Below are positions 41,120-50,626 of a stretch of DNA of 64,000 bases, in pieces. Origin of the DNA: an uncultured Methylomirabilota bacterium (lineage in GTDB: Bacteria > Methylomirabilota > Methylomirabilia > Methylomirabilales > 2-02-FULL-66-22); the NCBI GenBank assembly GCA_963845565.1, contig CAWJSJ010000001.1, positions 64,001 through 128,000 of the forward strand, read 5' to 3'. Position 1 is the stretch's first letter. Each line of letters opens with the position of its first letter. Position numbers and translations under genes: made by a program. The notes below the pieces were generated by a model. That model was not told where the DNA came from. It saw nothing but the letters and a program-made list of their open reading frames with translations, and ran no database searches.

Positions 41120-41272
41120 CCGGCTGCTGAAAAAGGCCCATCTGCGGCGTTGGAGCGCCTCGCCACTCGCTGCGACGTACCGCCAGTAGGCCTCGCTCGG
41201 GCTGCAGCGCTCCGCCTTGCGTCTGGACCTATTTGAGCAGCCCAAGGAAGAGCGGGTTTTTTTGGATCCTGT
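41117..41272 (+). mobile_element. MITE-like element copy B, at the TAG stop of the REC-PilZ gene
   Basis: TAGCCGGCTGCTGAAAAAGGCCCATCTGC...CTGGACCTATTTGAGCAGCC. Confidence 0.8.
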
Positions 41273-41467
41273 TGCGGTCCTCGGTGGCCTCCGAGGCCGG
41301 CCGGGGGGTACCCATCCCCAGGATGGGTGTGGCGCCGCGGCCGCGGGCGTGGCGCCACGGTCCGGGGTCTCGCGGAAGCGTTCCGAGACCGAACACCATC
41401 GCCTCCCGCCTTCCGCCCCGCACGCCCATCGCCGCATCTCGCCCCTCGCGCCCCGTCCTCCCTGTTC

Positions 41468-41495
41468 TTGCAGACGGACGTTGTCGAGGTATAAT
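41468..41495 (+). promoter_or_regulatory. Sigma70-type promoter of uvrA
   Basis: TTGCAG-N16-TATAAT, about 50 bp upstream of the GTG start. Confidence 0.6.
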
Positions 41496-41545
41496 ACTAG
41501 ACCGCTACCGCCATTCACCGGCAGCGCAGGAAGGAGTCCCGGCGC

Positions 41546-44218
41546 GTGACCACCAACACCATCCGTATTCGCGGCGCTCGCGAGCACAACCTGAAGTCCA
41601 TCGATCTTGACATCCCCCGCGACCAGCTCGTCGTCATCACCGGGGTATCGGGTTCGGGGAAGTCCTCCCTGGCCTTCGACACGATCTACGCCGAGGGCCA
41701 GCGGCGCTACGTGGAATCCCTCTCGGCCTACGCCCGGCAGTTCCTGGAGCAGATGGATAAGCCGGACGTGGACCTGATCGAGGGGTTGTCCCCCGCCATT
41801 TCCATCGAGCAGAAGACCACCAGCAAGAACCCGCGCTCCACCGTGGCCACGGTCACCGAGATCTACGACTACCTCCGGCTGCTCTATGCGCGCATCGGCC
41901 GGCCCTCCTGTTTCCGCTGCGGGAAGCCCATCGCGTCCCAGACCGTCAGCCAGATCGTGGATCAGGTGCTGGGTCTGCCGAGCGGGACCAAGATCCAGGT
42001 TCTGGCCCCTGTGGTCCGTGGGCGGAAAGGGGAGTACCGCCAGATCTTCGTCCAGATGCGAAAGGAGGGTTTTGTCCGCGTCCGGGTGAACGGCACGCTC
42101 CACGATCTAGACCATGCGATCGAGCTGGACAAGAATAAGAAGCACACCATCGAGGTGGTGGTGGACCGGCTGGTGGTCTCGGACACTCTGGGGCGCCGGT
42201 TGGCGGACTCGCTGGAGACGGCGCTCAAGCTGGCCGAGGGGATCGTGACGGTCAACCGGCTCGATGGGGGCAAAGACCTGATGTTTTCCGAGCGGATGGC
42301 CTGTATCGAGTGCGGAGTCAGCTATCCCGAGATCAGCCCGCGCATCTTCTCGTTCAACAACCCGCACGGTGCGTGCCCTGCCTGCGACGGCCTGGGCACC
42401 CGGGTGGACCTGCGCGCCGCGTCACTGGATCCCAGCCTGCGGGAACTGGGGGACGAGTTCTTCGGAGCCAGCCTGGGCGCGCTGGATCGCCGGTACAAGG
42501 AGACGCAGTCCTCGCGGGTCCGGGAAGAGATCGAGAGCTACGTCGAGCGTCTGGCCAGCGTTCAGCCGTGCGCGGAGTGTCAGGGGGCGCGGCTTCGGAA
42601 GGAGTCGCTGGCCATCCGCGTGGGGGGGCTGAACATCGCCGAGCTCACCCGGAAATCGGTCAAGGATGCGGTGGCCTTCTTCGGCGCCCTGGGGGCGGCC
42701 GGCTCCAACGGCGACCCGCTGGGACTCACGGAGAAGGAGCGGGAGATCGCCCGCCGAATCCTCAAGGAGATCCGGGAGCGGCTGGGTTTCCTGTTGAACG
42801 TGGGCCTGGACTACCTGACGCTGGACCGGACGGCCGCCACGCTGGCGGGCGGGGAGGGCCAGCGCATCCGTTTGGCGACGCAGATCGGCAGCTCGCTGAT
42901 GGGCGTGCTGTATATCCTGGACGAGCCCAGTATCGGGCTTCACCAGCGGGACAACGTCCGTCTCCTGAACACGCTGAAGCGGCTCCGGGACCTCGGCAAC
43001 ACCGTGCTGGTGGTGGAGCACGACGAGGAGACGATCCGCGCGGCGGATTATGTGATCGACCTGGGGCCCGGCGCCGGGGTGGCGGGGGGCCGACTGGTGT
43101 CCGCCGGGGCGCCGGACGTCATCATGGCCGACCGCGCGTCGTTGACGGGGCGCTATCTGTCGGGAGAGCTCTCCATCCCCGTTCCTGCGCAGCGCCGTCC
43201 GTTGACCGGGCAGCAGTTGACGATCCGGGGTGCACGGGAGCACAACCTGAAGAACATCGAGGTGGAGATCCCGCTCGGACTCTTCACCTGCGTCACGGGG
43301 GTGTCCGGTTCGGGGAAAAGCACCCTGGTCACGGACATCCTGCGCAAGGCGCTGGATGCCGCTCTCTACGGCGGCCGGGAGCGGCCGGGGGCCCACGACA
43401 AGATCCTGGGGATGGAGCAGATCGACAAGGTGATCGACATCGATCAATCCCCCATCGGCCGGACGCCGCGGAGCAACCCGGCCACCTACACCGGTGTGTT
43501 CAGCTTCATCCGCGACTTGTACGCCCTGACCCCCGAAGCCCGGATGCGGGGCTACCAGCCCGGCCGATTCAGCTTCAACGTCAAGGGCGGTCGCTGCGAG
43601 GCCTGCCAGGGGGATGGACTCATCCAGATCGAGATGCACTTCCTGCCGGATGTGTACGTCACCTGCGAGGTGTGCAAAGGGAAACGGTATAACCGGGAGA
43701 CGCTGGAGATCGCCTATAAGGGCAGGAGCATCGCGGAGGTCCTGGGCATGACGGTGCAGGAGGCGCTGCGTTTCTTTGAGAATGTGCCGCGCATCCGCGA
43801 GAAGATGCAGACGCTCCATGACGTCGGCCTGGGGTACATCAAGCTGGGCCAATCGGCCACGACGTTGTCCGGCGGCGAGGCGCAACGGGTCAAGCTGAGC
43901 CGGGAACTCTCTCGGCGCGGCACCGGGCGCACGCTCTATATCCTCGACGAGCCAACAACCGGGCTCCATTTTGCCGACATCCAGCAATTGTTGGATGTCC
44001 TGCATCGGTTGCGGGACGCGGGGAACACGGTGCTGGTGATCGAGCATAACCTGGACGTCGTGAAAACGGCGGACTACGTCATCGACCTCGGCCCCGAGGG
44101 TGGGGACGGGGGCGGACAGATCGTGGCGAGCGGGACCCCGGAAGAGGTCGCGCGCGTCAAGGTGTCCCACACCGGCCAGTTCCTGAAGCGTGTGCTGCGA
44201 AACGGCCGAGGCAAGTAG
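41546..44218 (+). CDS. uvrA: Excinuclease ABC subunit A with a short insertion domain
   Basis: Two [16 protein letters not shown] modules, Zn-finger Cys pairs, [11 protein letters not shown]. Confidence 0.97.
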   Translation: MTTNTIRIRGAREHNLKSIDLDIPRDQLVVITGVSGSGKSSLAFDTIYAEGQRRYVESLSAYARQFLEQMDKPDVDLIEGLSPAISIEQKTTSKNPRSTVATVTEIYDYLRLLYARIGRPSCFRCGKPIASQTVSQIVDQVLGLPSGTKIQVLAPVVRGRKGEYRQIFVQMRKEGFVRVRVNGTLHDLDHAIELDKNKKHTIEVVVDRLVVSDTLGRRLADSLETALKLAEGIVTVNRLDGGKDLMFSERMACIECGVSYPEISPRIFSFNNPHGACPACDGLGTRVDLRAASLDPSLRELGDEFFGASLGALDRRYKETQSSRVREEIESYVERLASVQPCAECQGARLRKESLAIRVGGLNIAELTRKSVKDAVAFFGALGAAGSNGDPLGLTEKEREIARRILKEIRERLGFLLNVGLDYLTLDRTAATLAGGEGQRIRLATQIGSSLMGVLYILDEPSIGLHQRDNVRLLNTLKRLRDLGNTVLVVEHDEETIRAADYVIDLGPGAGVAGGRLVSAGAPDVIMADRASLTGRYLSGELSIPVPAQRRPLTGQQLTIRGAREHNLKNIEVEIPLGLFTCVTGVSGSGKSTLVTDILRKALDAALYGGRERPGAHDKILGMEQIDKVIDIDQSPIGRTPRSNPATYTGVFSFIRDLYALTPEARMRGYQPGRFSFNVKGGRCEACQGDGLIQIEMHFLPDVYVTCEVCKGKRYNRETLEIAYKGRSIAEVLGMTVQEALRFFENVPRIREKMQTLHDVGLGYIKLGQSATTLSGGEAQRVKLSRELSRRGTGRTLYILDEPTTGLHFADIQQLLDVLHRLRDAGNTVLVIEHNLDVVKTADYVIDLGPEGGDGGGQIVASGTPEEVARVKVSHTGQFLKRVLRNGRGK

Positions 44219-44480
44219 GGGGTCGATGCGCCGTGGTTCTGCCCGTCGGGATACGTGCCCCCTCTCCGAGGGCCGGTCGGGCCTGACGGGGGTGCCAGCG
44301 TCCCCGGGCCAATCGTCCCATTCTCGAGCCGCAAAGGGTGACACAGTGTCCCATTTCAAACCGTACCAGGGTTGTGTCCTTGCGTGAGCTATCGGCGTGG
44401 TTTCTCGCGAACTCCATATTTGGTGGTAAGTTACACGCTGGCCGTGGCTGGCGTATCTTGGGCTGGGAAGAGGGCGAAGG

Positions 44481-44495
44481 TGGCATGCCGCTTGC
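44481..44495 (+). promoter_or_regulatory. Sigma54 (-24/-12) promoter
   Basis: TGGCATGCCGCTTGC: GG-N10-GC with TGGCA and TTGC cores. Confidence 0.7.
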
Positions 44496-44506
44496 CTCTA
44501 TTGATC

Positions 44507-44662
44507 CCAGTTGATTTCGAGAGGATAGACCGCGCAGGGGAATCTCTGGTGCCGGCCCGGAATATCGGGCGCGCACGTCACGGTAGCCGCGGGACCGACT
44601 CCCCCCCCTCCCCGGTCCCGCGACCAGGCCCCCGGCCCGAGCAATCGGGCCGGGGGTTTTTT
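44507..44662 (+). ncRNA. Candidate sigma54-dependent small RNA (~155 nt)
   Basis: Lies between the sigma54 promoter and a strong terminator; successive hairpins, one with a C-rich loop; no credible ORF. Confidence 0.55.
44629..44662 (+). terminator. Rho-independent terminator
   Basis: CCCCCGGCCCGA-GCAA-TCGGGCCGGGGG-TTTTTT. Confidence 0.9.
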
Positions 44663-44715
44663 GGTGCCCGAAACACGTAACCGTTTTCAAATCCGTGCGA
44701 CGTTGCGGGAAATTC

Positions 44716-44743
44716 TTGACAGGCCGTATTGAACCTGTAAAGT
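44716..44743 (+). promoter_or_regulatory. Sigma70-type promoter for the REC genes
   Basis: TTGACA-N16-TAAAGT. Confidence 0.5.
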
Positions 44744-44827
44744 AACTGACTTAACTCGGCGTTTTTCCGGAGAATGGAGCAGGTTGACTCAGAAGCGTGA
44801 ACAGGCCGAGGGAATGGGAGGAGGGCG

Positions 44828-45256
44828 ATGAGTCGCCTTCTCGTTCTGGTTGTGAGCGACAACCAAACCGAGGTGCGCGTTCTGAGTGAGATCCTCCGGG
44901 AACAATCCCGGGGGGAGGTATCCGTGGTCGGGGCGGCGGGTCGAGGGGAAGACGCGCTGAGCCGCGCCATGGCTCTTCGGCCTCACGTGATCCTGGTCAA
45001 CCTCGATCCGGCGGAGGAGGGCGACCTGGAGATCCTCCCGCGGTTACGCGGATTATTCGTGGACGTCGGCATCGTGGCGCTGATCGCGGCGGAGAACGGC
45101 GGTCTTGATGAAGCGGCTCGGGCCGCCGGGGCAGACCACGCTGTCGTCAGAAGCCAGGTGCGAAGCCATCTGGCGTCGGCCGTCAGGCAGGCGGCACAAA
45201 AGGCGCGGGCCCGGCAACGCGTGATCGATCAGAGCGCCATGGATCTGACACCCTAG
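44828..45256 (+). CDS. Atypical (pseudo) receiver domain protein
   Basis: REC-like pattern, but Asn at the phospho-Asp position (VILVNLD) and no conserved Lys; GGAGGAGG RBS. Confidence 0.75.
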   Translation: MSRLLVLVVSDNQTEVRVLSEILREQSRGEVSVVGAAGRGEDALSRAMALRPHVILVNLDPAEEGDLEILPRLRGLFVDVGIVALIAAENGGLDEAARAAGADHAVVRSQVRSHLASAVRQAAQKARARQRVIDQSAMDLTP

Positions 45257-45317
45257 GCGGGCGCCCGAAGGTGGCTCCCGTCGCTCCTGAGCCACACCTT
45301 CGGGCGCGCACGAGAAA

Positions 45318-45743
45318 GTGAACAGCATGACGCGGGTTCTGGCTATCGATGATGACGACATGACTCGCCAGTTTGTCACGTCCGTCCTGCAGTCCGCGGG
45401 GTACGAGGTGCACACCGCGCCCGGGGGGGTGTCCGGGCTCCAGCAGGTGACCACCGCTCCGCCCGACATCGTGCTGCTGGATGTGCAGATGCCCGACTTG
45501 AACGGTTACGAGGTATGCCGCCGCCTGCGGCAGGGGGCGAAAACCCAGGGAATCCCGGTCATCATGCTGACCGCCAGCGAGGACCCCAAACTCAATCATC
45601 TGGCCTACGAGGCCGGCGCCCAGGCCTGCGTACCGAAGCCGTTTCGCCGAGAAGCCCTCATCGCGACCATCGAAGCGGTGCGACTGAGCATGCCACACAC
45701 AAAGGCGGGTGGCGATCCGGGGAAGGGAGCCGGCGGGCAATAG
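45318..45743 (+). CDS. Single-domain response regulator
   Basis: AIDDD, LLDVQMP, IMLTA, KPF. Confidence 0.9.
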   Translation: MNSMTRVLAIDDDDMTRQFVTSVLQSAGYEVHTAPGGVSGLQQVTTAPPDIVLLDVQMPDLNGYEVCRRLRQGAKTQGIPVIMLTASEDPKLNHLAYEAGAQACVPKPFRREALIATIEAVRLSMPHTKAGGDPGKGAGGQ

Positions 45744-45966
45744 GGTCCCGGGGGAGGGGTCCGGCGCCTCCGCTGTGGCGCGCTTTGCCCGGTCCGGCGG
45801 GTCCCGTGATCTGTCGTGTTTCCCCGGCGCCCGCTGCGCGTCCGGGACGGCCGGCGGTGGCCGGTACCTGTTCCGCCGGGCCCTGCCTGCGTACCAAGGG
45901 GCCTCGAGCTTTCCTATTCCGCTTTCCTCCTTTACTTTCTGCGGTCTCCTTCGCTAGACTACTCCC

Positions 45967-47463
45967 GTGTCAAGACGAGGAGGTGTGTGGCCGAAAGGCC
46001 CCTGGAACCTGAGCCTGCGCGGCAAACTGCTGTTCATGATGTTCGGCCTGCTGATGCTGGTGCTGGCCACATTGTTCGCCCTGTATTCGAATGCAGAGCG
46101 GGACCTGATCACGCAGGTCGAACGGCATACCACCGACCTCAGCACCGCCATCCAGCTCAGCGTCGAGCAGTTGACCTCGAAGGGGCGGACCAGCGAGGCA
46201 CGCCTGCAGGACTACGTGCAGCGCCTGAAACAACGCGGCGTCGGCGAGCTCTCCATCGTCAGCAACGAGGAAGAGGTGATCGCCTCTTCCAACCCGCGGC
46301 GGGTGGGGGTACGGGTCGACCCCAAGCGAAAGGATATCTTCATCACGGCCCGACTCGGCGAAGAGGTGGAGGGCGGGCGGGGGCAAAAGACCTACAATCT
46401 TCTCGTGCCGATCATGGTCAACAATCAGCGGAGCGGATACATCCTGATCAGCATGGTCCTGGACGATTTCGCCGAGTTGGCCCGGATCAATTTCCTCAAG
46501 CGGTTGGCGGGGACCATTCTTATTTTCGCCGTGGGGATCGGCGGGGCCGTGGTGCTGGCGTGGACCTACACCAAGCCAATCTCCCACGTGGTGGACGTGG
46601 CCCGGCGGGTTGCCCAGGGGCGCCTGGACGAGCGGTTGCCGGCCAATCGGCGCGACGAGATCGGCGAACTGAACCGCAGCTTCAACGAGATGGTCGACCG
46701 CCTACAGGAGCGGGTCGAACTGGAGGCCCGGCTCCATCGGGCGGAGCGGGTGGCGGCGATCGCGCATCTGGCCTCGGGGATCGCCCACGAGGTCCGCAAC
46801 CCGCTGAGCACCATCAGCATGACGGTCGGCCACCTGAAGGCGCATTTTCCGCCCAGTGCGCCTGCGGAACGGGAAGAGTTCATGCGCCTGACCTCCATGG
46901 TCATGGAGGAGATCCGGCGCCTGGACGATATGATCCGGAGTTTCCTGAAATACGGCAAACCGCTCAACCTGAAGCGGCAGCCGGCCGACGTGCGTACGTT
47001 GCTCGACGAGGTGCTGGACGTGGCCGCACAGAAGGCCGCCGTGGAGCGAATCCAGATCACGCGGACCTACCCGACCGCGCTGCCCGAGATCTGGGTGGAC
47101 GTGCCGCATCTCAAGACGTGCTTCATGAATCTGGTCCTCAACGCCTTTCAGGCGATGCCCGACGGCGGGGAGTTCCGGGTGACGGCGGCCGGCGGCGCCC
47201 CCCCGGGGGAATCCACCGTGGGGGAATCGGCTGACGGCTGGCTGGAGATCCGGTTCCAGGATAGCGGGATGGGGATTAAGCCAGAGGACCTCCCCAAGGT
47301 CTTCGAGCCGTATTTCACCACCAAGGAGGTGGGGATCGGGCTGGGGTTGGCCTTGACGAAGCAGATCGTCGAGGAGCACGGCGGACAGATCGAGATCTCC
47401 AGCGATCCGGGGCAGGGAACGGCGGTCCGACTTCGGCTTCCCGTGGGGGCGCCCAAGGTATGA
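45967..47463 (+). CDS. HAMP-domain sensor histidine kinase (start approximate)
   Basis: Two TM segments, RRDEIG, AHEVRNPL, NAFQA, DSG.GI, YFTTK..G.GLGL. Confidence 0.93.
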   Translation: MSRRGGVWPKGPWNLSLRGKLLFMMFGLLMLVLATLFALYSNAERDLITQVERHTTDLSTAIQLSVEQLTSKGRTSEARLQDYVQRLKQRGVGELSIVSNEEEVIASSNPRRVGVRVDPKRKDIFITARLGEEVEGGRGQKTYNLLVPIMVNNQRSGYILISMVLDDFAELARINFLKRLAGTILIFAVGIGGAVVLAWTYTKPISHVVDVARRVAQGRLDERLPANRRDEIGELNRSFNEMVDRLQERVELEARLHRAERVAAIAHLASGIAHEVRNPLSTISMTVGHLKAHFPPSAPAEREEFMRLTSMVMEEIRRLDDMIRSFLKYGKPLNLKRQPADVRTLLDEVLDVAAQKAAVERIQITRTYPTALPEIWVDVPHLKTCFMNLVLNAFQAMPDGGEFRVTAAGGAPPGESTVGESADGWLEIRFQDSGMGIKPEDLPKVFEPYFTTKEVGIGLGLALTKQIVEEHGGQIEISSDPGQGTAVRLRLPVGAPKV

Positions 47464-48920
47464 GCAAGGGACAGATTCTGGTCGTGGATGACGAAGCGGC
47501 GCAGCGCGAGATCCTGCGCACGATCCTCACGGCAGAGGGGTACCGGGTCGAGACCGCGGGCACCGCGGCGGAGGCCCTGGACAAGGGGGGGAAACATCGG
47601 TTCGACCTGGTGCTCTCGGACCTGCGGATGCCGGGCGCGGATGGCCTGTCGCTGGTTCGCGATCTCAGCCGGGAGGACCCGCCCACGCTGGTCATCATCA
47701 TGACAGGCTTCGGCTCGCTGGATTCTGCCGAGCAGGCCATGACGCAGGGCGCCTTCGACTATCTCACGAAGCCGCTGGAGCGGGAAGACCTCTTGCGGAT
47801 CGTGGGGCGCGCCTTCGACCGGATCGGGCTCATTCAGGAGAATCGCCTGCTCCGACAGCAGCTGGAGGAACGGTATCGCGTCGCGGGCCTCGTGGGCAGT
47901 CATTACCGAATGCAGGAGGTCTTTAACAAGCTCCACAAGGTCTCCAGTTCGGTCTCCACCGTGCTGATCATGGGCGAGAGCGGTACCGGCAAGGAGTTGG
48001 TCGCCCGCGCCATCCACGGGCATGGTCCCCGGCGGGATCGGACGTTTGTCGCGGTCAGTTGCGCGGCGATTCCCGAGACCCTGATCGAGAGCGAATTGTT
48101 CGGCTACGAAAAAGGGGCGTTCACCGGCGCCATGACCCGGCGGCAGGGGTTGTTTGAGGCGGCGGACAAGAGCACCTTGTTCCTGGACGAGATCGGCGAA
48201 CTCAACGTGAACATGCAGTCCAAAGTCCTGCGCGCTTTGCAGGAACGGGAGATTCGGCGGGTCGGGACCCACGAGAGCGTCAAGGTGGATGTCCGCATCA
48301 TCGCGGCGACGAACAGGAATTTGGAGGAGGAAGTCGCCAAGGGCAACTTCCGGGAGGATCTGTACTACCGCCTGAATGTGGTCACGATTCCGCTCCCACC
48401 GCTCCGGGAGCGGAGTACGGATATTCCTCAACTGGCCGAATACTTCGTGACGCGTGTTTGTGGAGAGGCCGGCCGGCCGCCGATGCCGATCACGACGGAG
48501 GCCATGCGGTTGCTGCTGCACTACCACTGGCCCGGGAATGTTCGGCAACTGGAGGCCATCCTGCAGCGGGCCGTGCTGCTGTCGGACGGACAGAGGATCG
48601 ACTACTCCGATCTGCCCATCGAGGTTCGGTTTTCCGCGCTGCCGTCCCGTGAGCCGGACACCGGACCGACCGGCGGAGCGCACCGATTCCTCTTGCCCCC
48701 GCAGGGGATCGATCTGGAGGGGGTCGAGCGGGATTTCATCCTCCAGGCCATGGAGGCGACGGGGTGGGTGATCGCGAAGGCAGCGAAGCTGCTGGGGTTG
48801 AGTTATCGCACGCTTCAGTACCGACTGGAGAAGTTCCAGATCCGCCGGGAGGGAAGCGAAGGGGTGGGGTCGGCCGAGGAGCAGCCCGAAGGGGCTGACG
48901 GCGAACCCCGAGACGCATAA
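47460..48920 (+). CDS. Sigma54-dependent NtrC-family response regulator
   Basis: REC; GESGTGKE, GAFTGA, LFLDEIG, WPGNVR; C-terminal Fis HTH. Confidence 0.96.
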   Translation: MSKGQILVVDDEAAQREILRTILTAEGYRVETAGTAAEALDKGGKHRFDLVLSDLRMPGADGLSLVRDLSREDPPTLVIIMTGFGSLDSAEQAMTQGAFDYLTKPLEREDLLRIVGRAFDRIGLIQENRLLRQQLEERYRVAGLVGSHYRMQEVFNKLHKVSSSVSTVLIMGESGTGKELVARAIHGHGPRRDRTFVAVSCAAIPETLIESELFGYEKGAFTGAMTRRQGLFEAADKSTLFLDEIGELNVNMQSKVLRALQEREIRRVGTHESVKVDVRIIAATNRNLEEEVAKGNFREDLYYRLNVVTIPLPPLRERSTDIPQLAEYFVTRVCGEAGRPPMPITTEAMRLLLHYHWPGNVRQLEAILQRAVLLSDGQRIDYSDLPIEVRFSALPSREPDTGPTGGAHRFLLPPQGIDLEGVERDFILQAMEATGWVIAKAAKLLGLSYRTLQYRLEKFQIRREGSEGVGSAEEQPEGADGEPRDA

Positions 48921-48956
48921 CCATCGAATTCTGTCGGACCGGAAAGGGGGGATGGC

Positions 48957-49052
48957 ATGGGCAGCGTCGTCAAGAAGCGTCGGAAAAAGATCGCCAAGCA
49001 TAAGTACAAGAAGCTGCTGAAGCGGACGAGACACCAGCGACGAGGGAAGTAG
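48957..49052 (+). CDS. Small basic protein bS22/AURKAIP1-COX24 family (31 aa; absent from the ORF track)
   Basis: MGSVVKKRRKKIAKHKYKKLLKRTRHQRRGK*, with AAAGGGGG RBS. Confidence 0.9.
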   Translation: MGSVVKKRRKKIAKHKYKKLLKRTRHQRRGK

Positions 49053-49065
49053 CGTCCCGGGTCGG

Positions 49066-49111
49066 ACGAGGGGCCGTGTTCCCGAGTTGGGGACGGGCCC
49101 CTCGTTGTTTT
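49066..49111 (+). terminator. Probable intrinsic terminator
   Basis: ACGAGGGGCC...GGCCCCTCGT followed by TGTTTT. Confidence 0.65.
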
Positions 49112-49215
49112 GCGATTCAACCATTGACGGGATCCGCGGTCTAACGGGATACAATCGGTTGACGGGTCCGTCGCCGCCCGGCGCCCGACCGCCGGGCCCT
49201 CCCCGCGAGTACATT

Positions 49216-49761
49216 GTGCCCCAGTCAGATTCGGAGGTGATCCGGCGGGTCCTCGACGGAGAGACGGCGGCGTACGAGGTGCTGGTGCGGCGGTATCAAC
49301 AGACGGTCTTTCGTCTGGCCCAGCGGATGACCCGAAATGCCGAGGATGCCCGCGATCTCGCGCAGGAGGCTTTCGTCCAAGCCTACCGGTCGCTGGCGGG
49401 ATTCCGGGGCCACGCCAGCTTCTCCACCTGGCTGTACCGGATCGCCATGAACCTCTGCCTGAGCCATCTGAAGGCGACCCGGCGGGAGGATCCGGTCGAG
49501 GTGGATGCGGGGGTGGCGGATGCCCGGGACGATTCCCTCACCGCTCTGCTGGCTGACGAGCGGGACCGGGCGCTGGCGGCTGCCATCGAGCAATTGCCTC
49601 CACAGCAGCGGGCGACACTGACGCTGCGGGTGCACCAGGGGCTCAGCCATCGGGAAATCGCCGAGGTGCTGGACTGCGCCGAGGGTACGGCCAAGGCGAA
49701 CTACTTCCACGCCATCCGGACCCTGCAGCGGAGATTGGAGGCGTTCCGCGATACCGGATGA
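49216..49761 (+). CDS. ECF RNA polymerase sigma factor
   Basis: DARDLAQEAF, SFSTWLYRIAMN, LPPQQR, S.REIAEVL; GTG start 49216. Confidence 0.93.
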   Translation: MPQSDSEVIRRVLDGETAAYEVLVRRYQQTVFRLAQRMTRNAEDARDLAQEAFVQAYRSLAGFRGHASFSTWLYRIAMNLCLSHLKATRREDPVEVDAGVADARDDSLTALLADERDRALAAAIEQLPPQQRATLTLRVHQGLSHREIAEVLDCAEGTAKANYFHAIRTLQRRLEAFRDTG

Positions 49762-49813
49762 GGGGTGCGAGGTGGAGCCCAGCTGTTTTGGGCGATGAGG
49801 AGGACGCACGAGC

Positions 49814-50356
49814 ATGCCGGGCTGTGACGGGATCCGCGATCGGCTAATGGACTTCATCGAAGGCGAGCTTTCCGCCGAGGAGCATCGCCCGGTCGAGGCT
49901 CATCTTCGCCGATGCCCACAATGCTCCCGCGAGGTTGTCGGGCTGCGGGAGGCCCTGGCTCGCGTGCAAGCGCTCCCGGAGCCGGCGGCATCGGCCCATC
50001 TCCTGGACGGGTTCGCGGCCGCGGTGCAGGGGCGGCTCGCGGCCGAGAGGCCTCGGCGCCTGCCGTTCTGGAGGAAGGCCGCCGCCCGGCTGGATGGCTT
50101 CGTCAGGGCGCGGCCGATCCCCACGTTCTCGGCGGCGGCGGTCCTAGGGATCCTGCTGGTCATCGGCCTGGTGCGCACCTCCGGTCGCCCGCAGGTCTCG
50201 CCCGCGCCCGAGGTCCTGGTGGTTGGGGAATCGCTCTCGATGGCCCAGAATCTGGACGTGCTGGAGCAGTTCGACCTCCTGGAGGATCTGGATCTCCTGG
50301 AGCAGTTGCCGTTCCTGCGAGGTCCGGGGAACAACCGGCCGCTGACGCTGAGCTGA
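49814..50356 (+). CDS. Zinc-finger (HxxxCxxC) transmembrane anti-sigma factor
   Basis: EAHLRRCPQC; one TM segment; C-terminal LDVLEQFDLLEDLDLLEQL. Confidence 0.88.
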   Translation: MPGCDGIRDRLMDFIEGELSAEEHRPVEAHLRRCPQCSREVVGLREALARVQALPEPAASAHLLDGFAAAVQGRLAAERPRRLPFWRKAAARLDGFVRARPIPTFSAAAVLGILLVIGLVRTSGRPQVSPAPEVLVVGESLSMAQNLDVLEQFDLLEDLDLLEQLPFLRGPGNNRPLTLS

Positions 50357-50359
50357 GCG

Positions 50360-50626
50360 ATGGCTCAGCCGATGTGGGCGCTCGGTCTCCTGGTCTGTGG
50401 CGCGGTCCTGGCGTGCGGCGTCGGACCGGTGTCCGCCGGCGAGGCCCCGGAGCCGCGAGGTCAGGACAAGGCTGCCGAGGCTGGGGCGGACGCCCAACTC
50501 CTGGCCGATCTGGAGATCCTGCGCGATCTGGAAATGCTCCGGCAACTGGATGTCTTGCGGAAGGTGGATGAGGTGCGTCGCGCACCGAGTCCACGCCCGA
50601 CGCAAGAGGAAAAGGGGAAGCCATGA
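50360..50626 (+). CDS. Small exported protein of the ECF operon
   Basis: Signal peptide; LLADLEILRDLEMLRQLDVL; ATGA overlap with the next gene. Confidence 0.75.
   Translation: MAQPMWALGLLVCGAVLACGVGPVSAGEAPEPRGQDKAAEAGADAQLLADLEILRDLEMLRQLDVLRKVDEVRRAPSPRPTQEEKGKP

Noticed and set aside
44372..44680. 102-aa ORF across the sRNA candidate
   Set aside because: It begins upstream of the sigma54 promoter, runs through the terminator, has no RBS and is low complexity.
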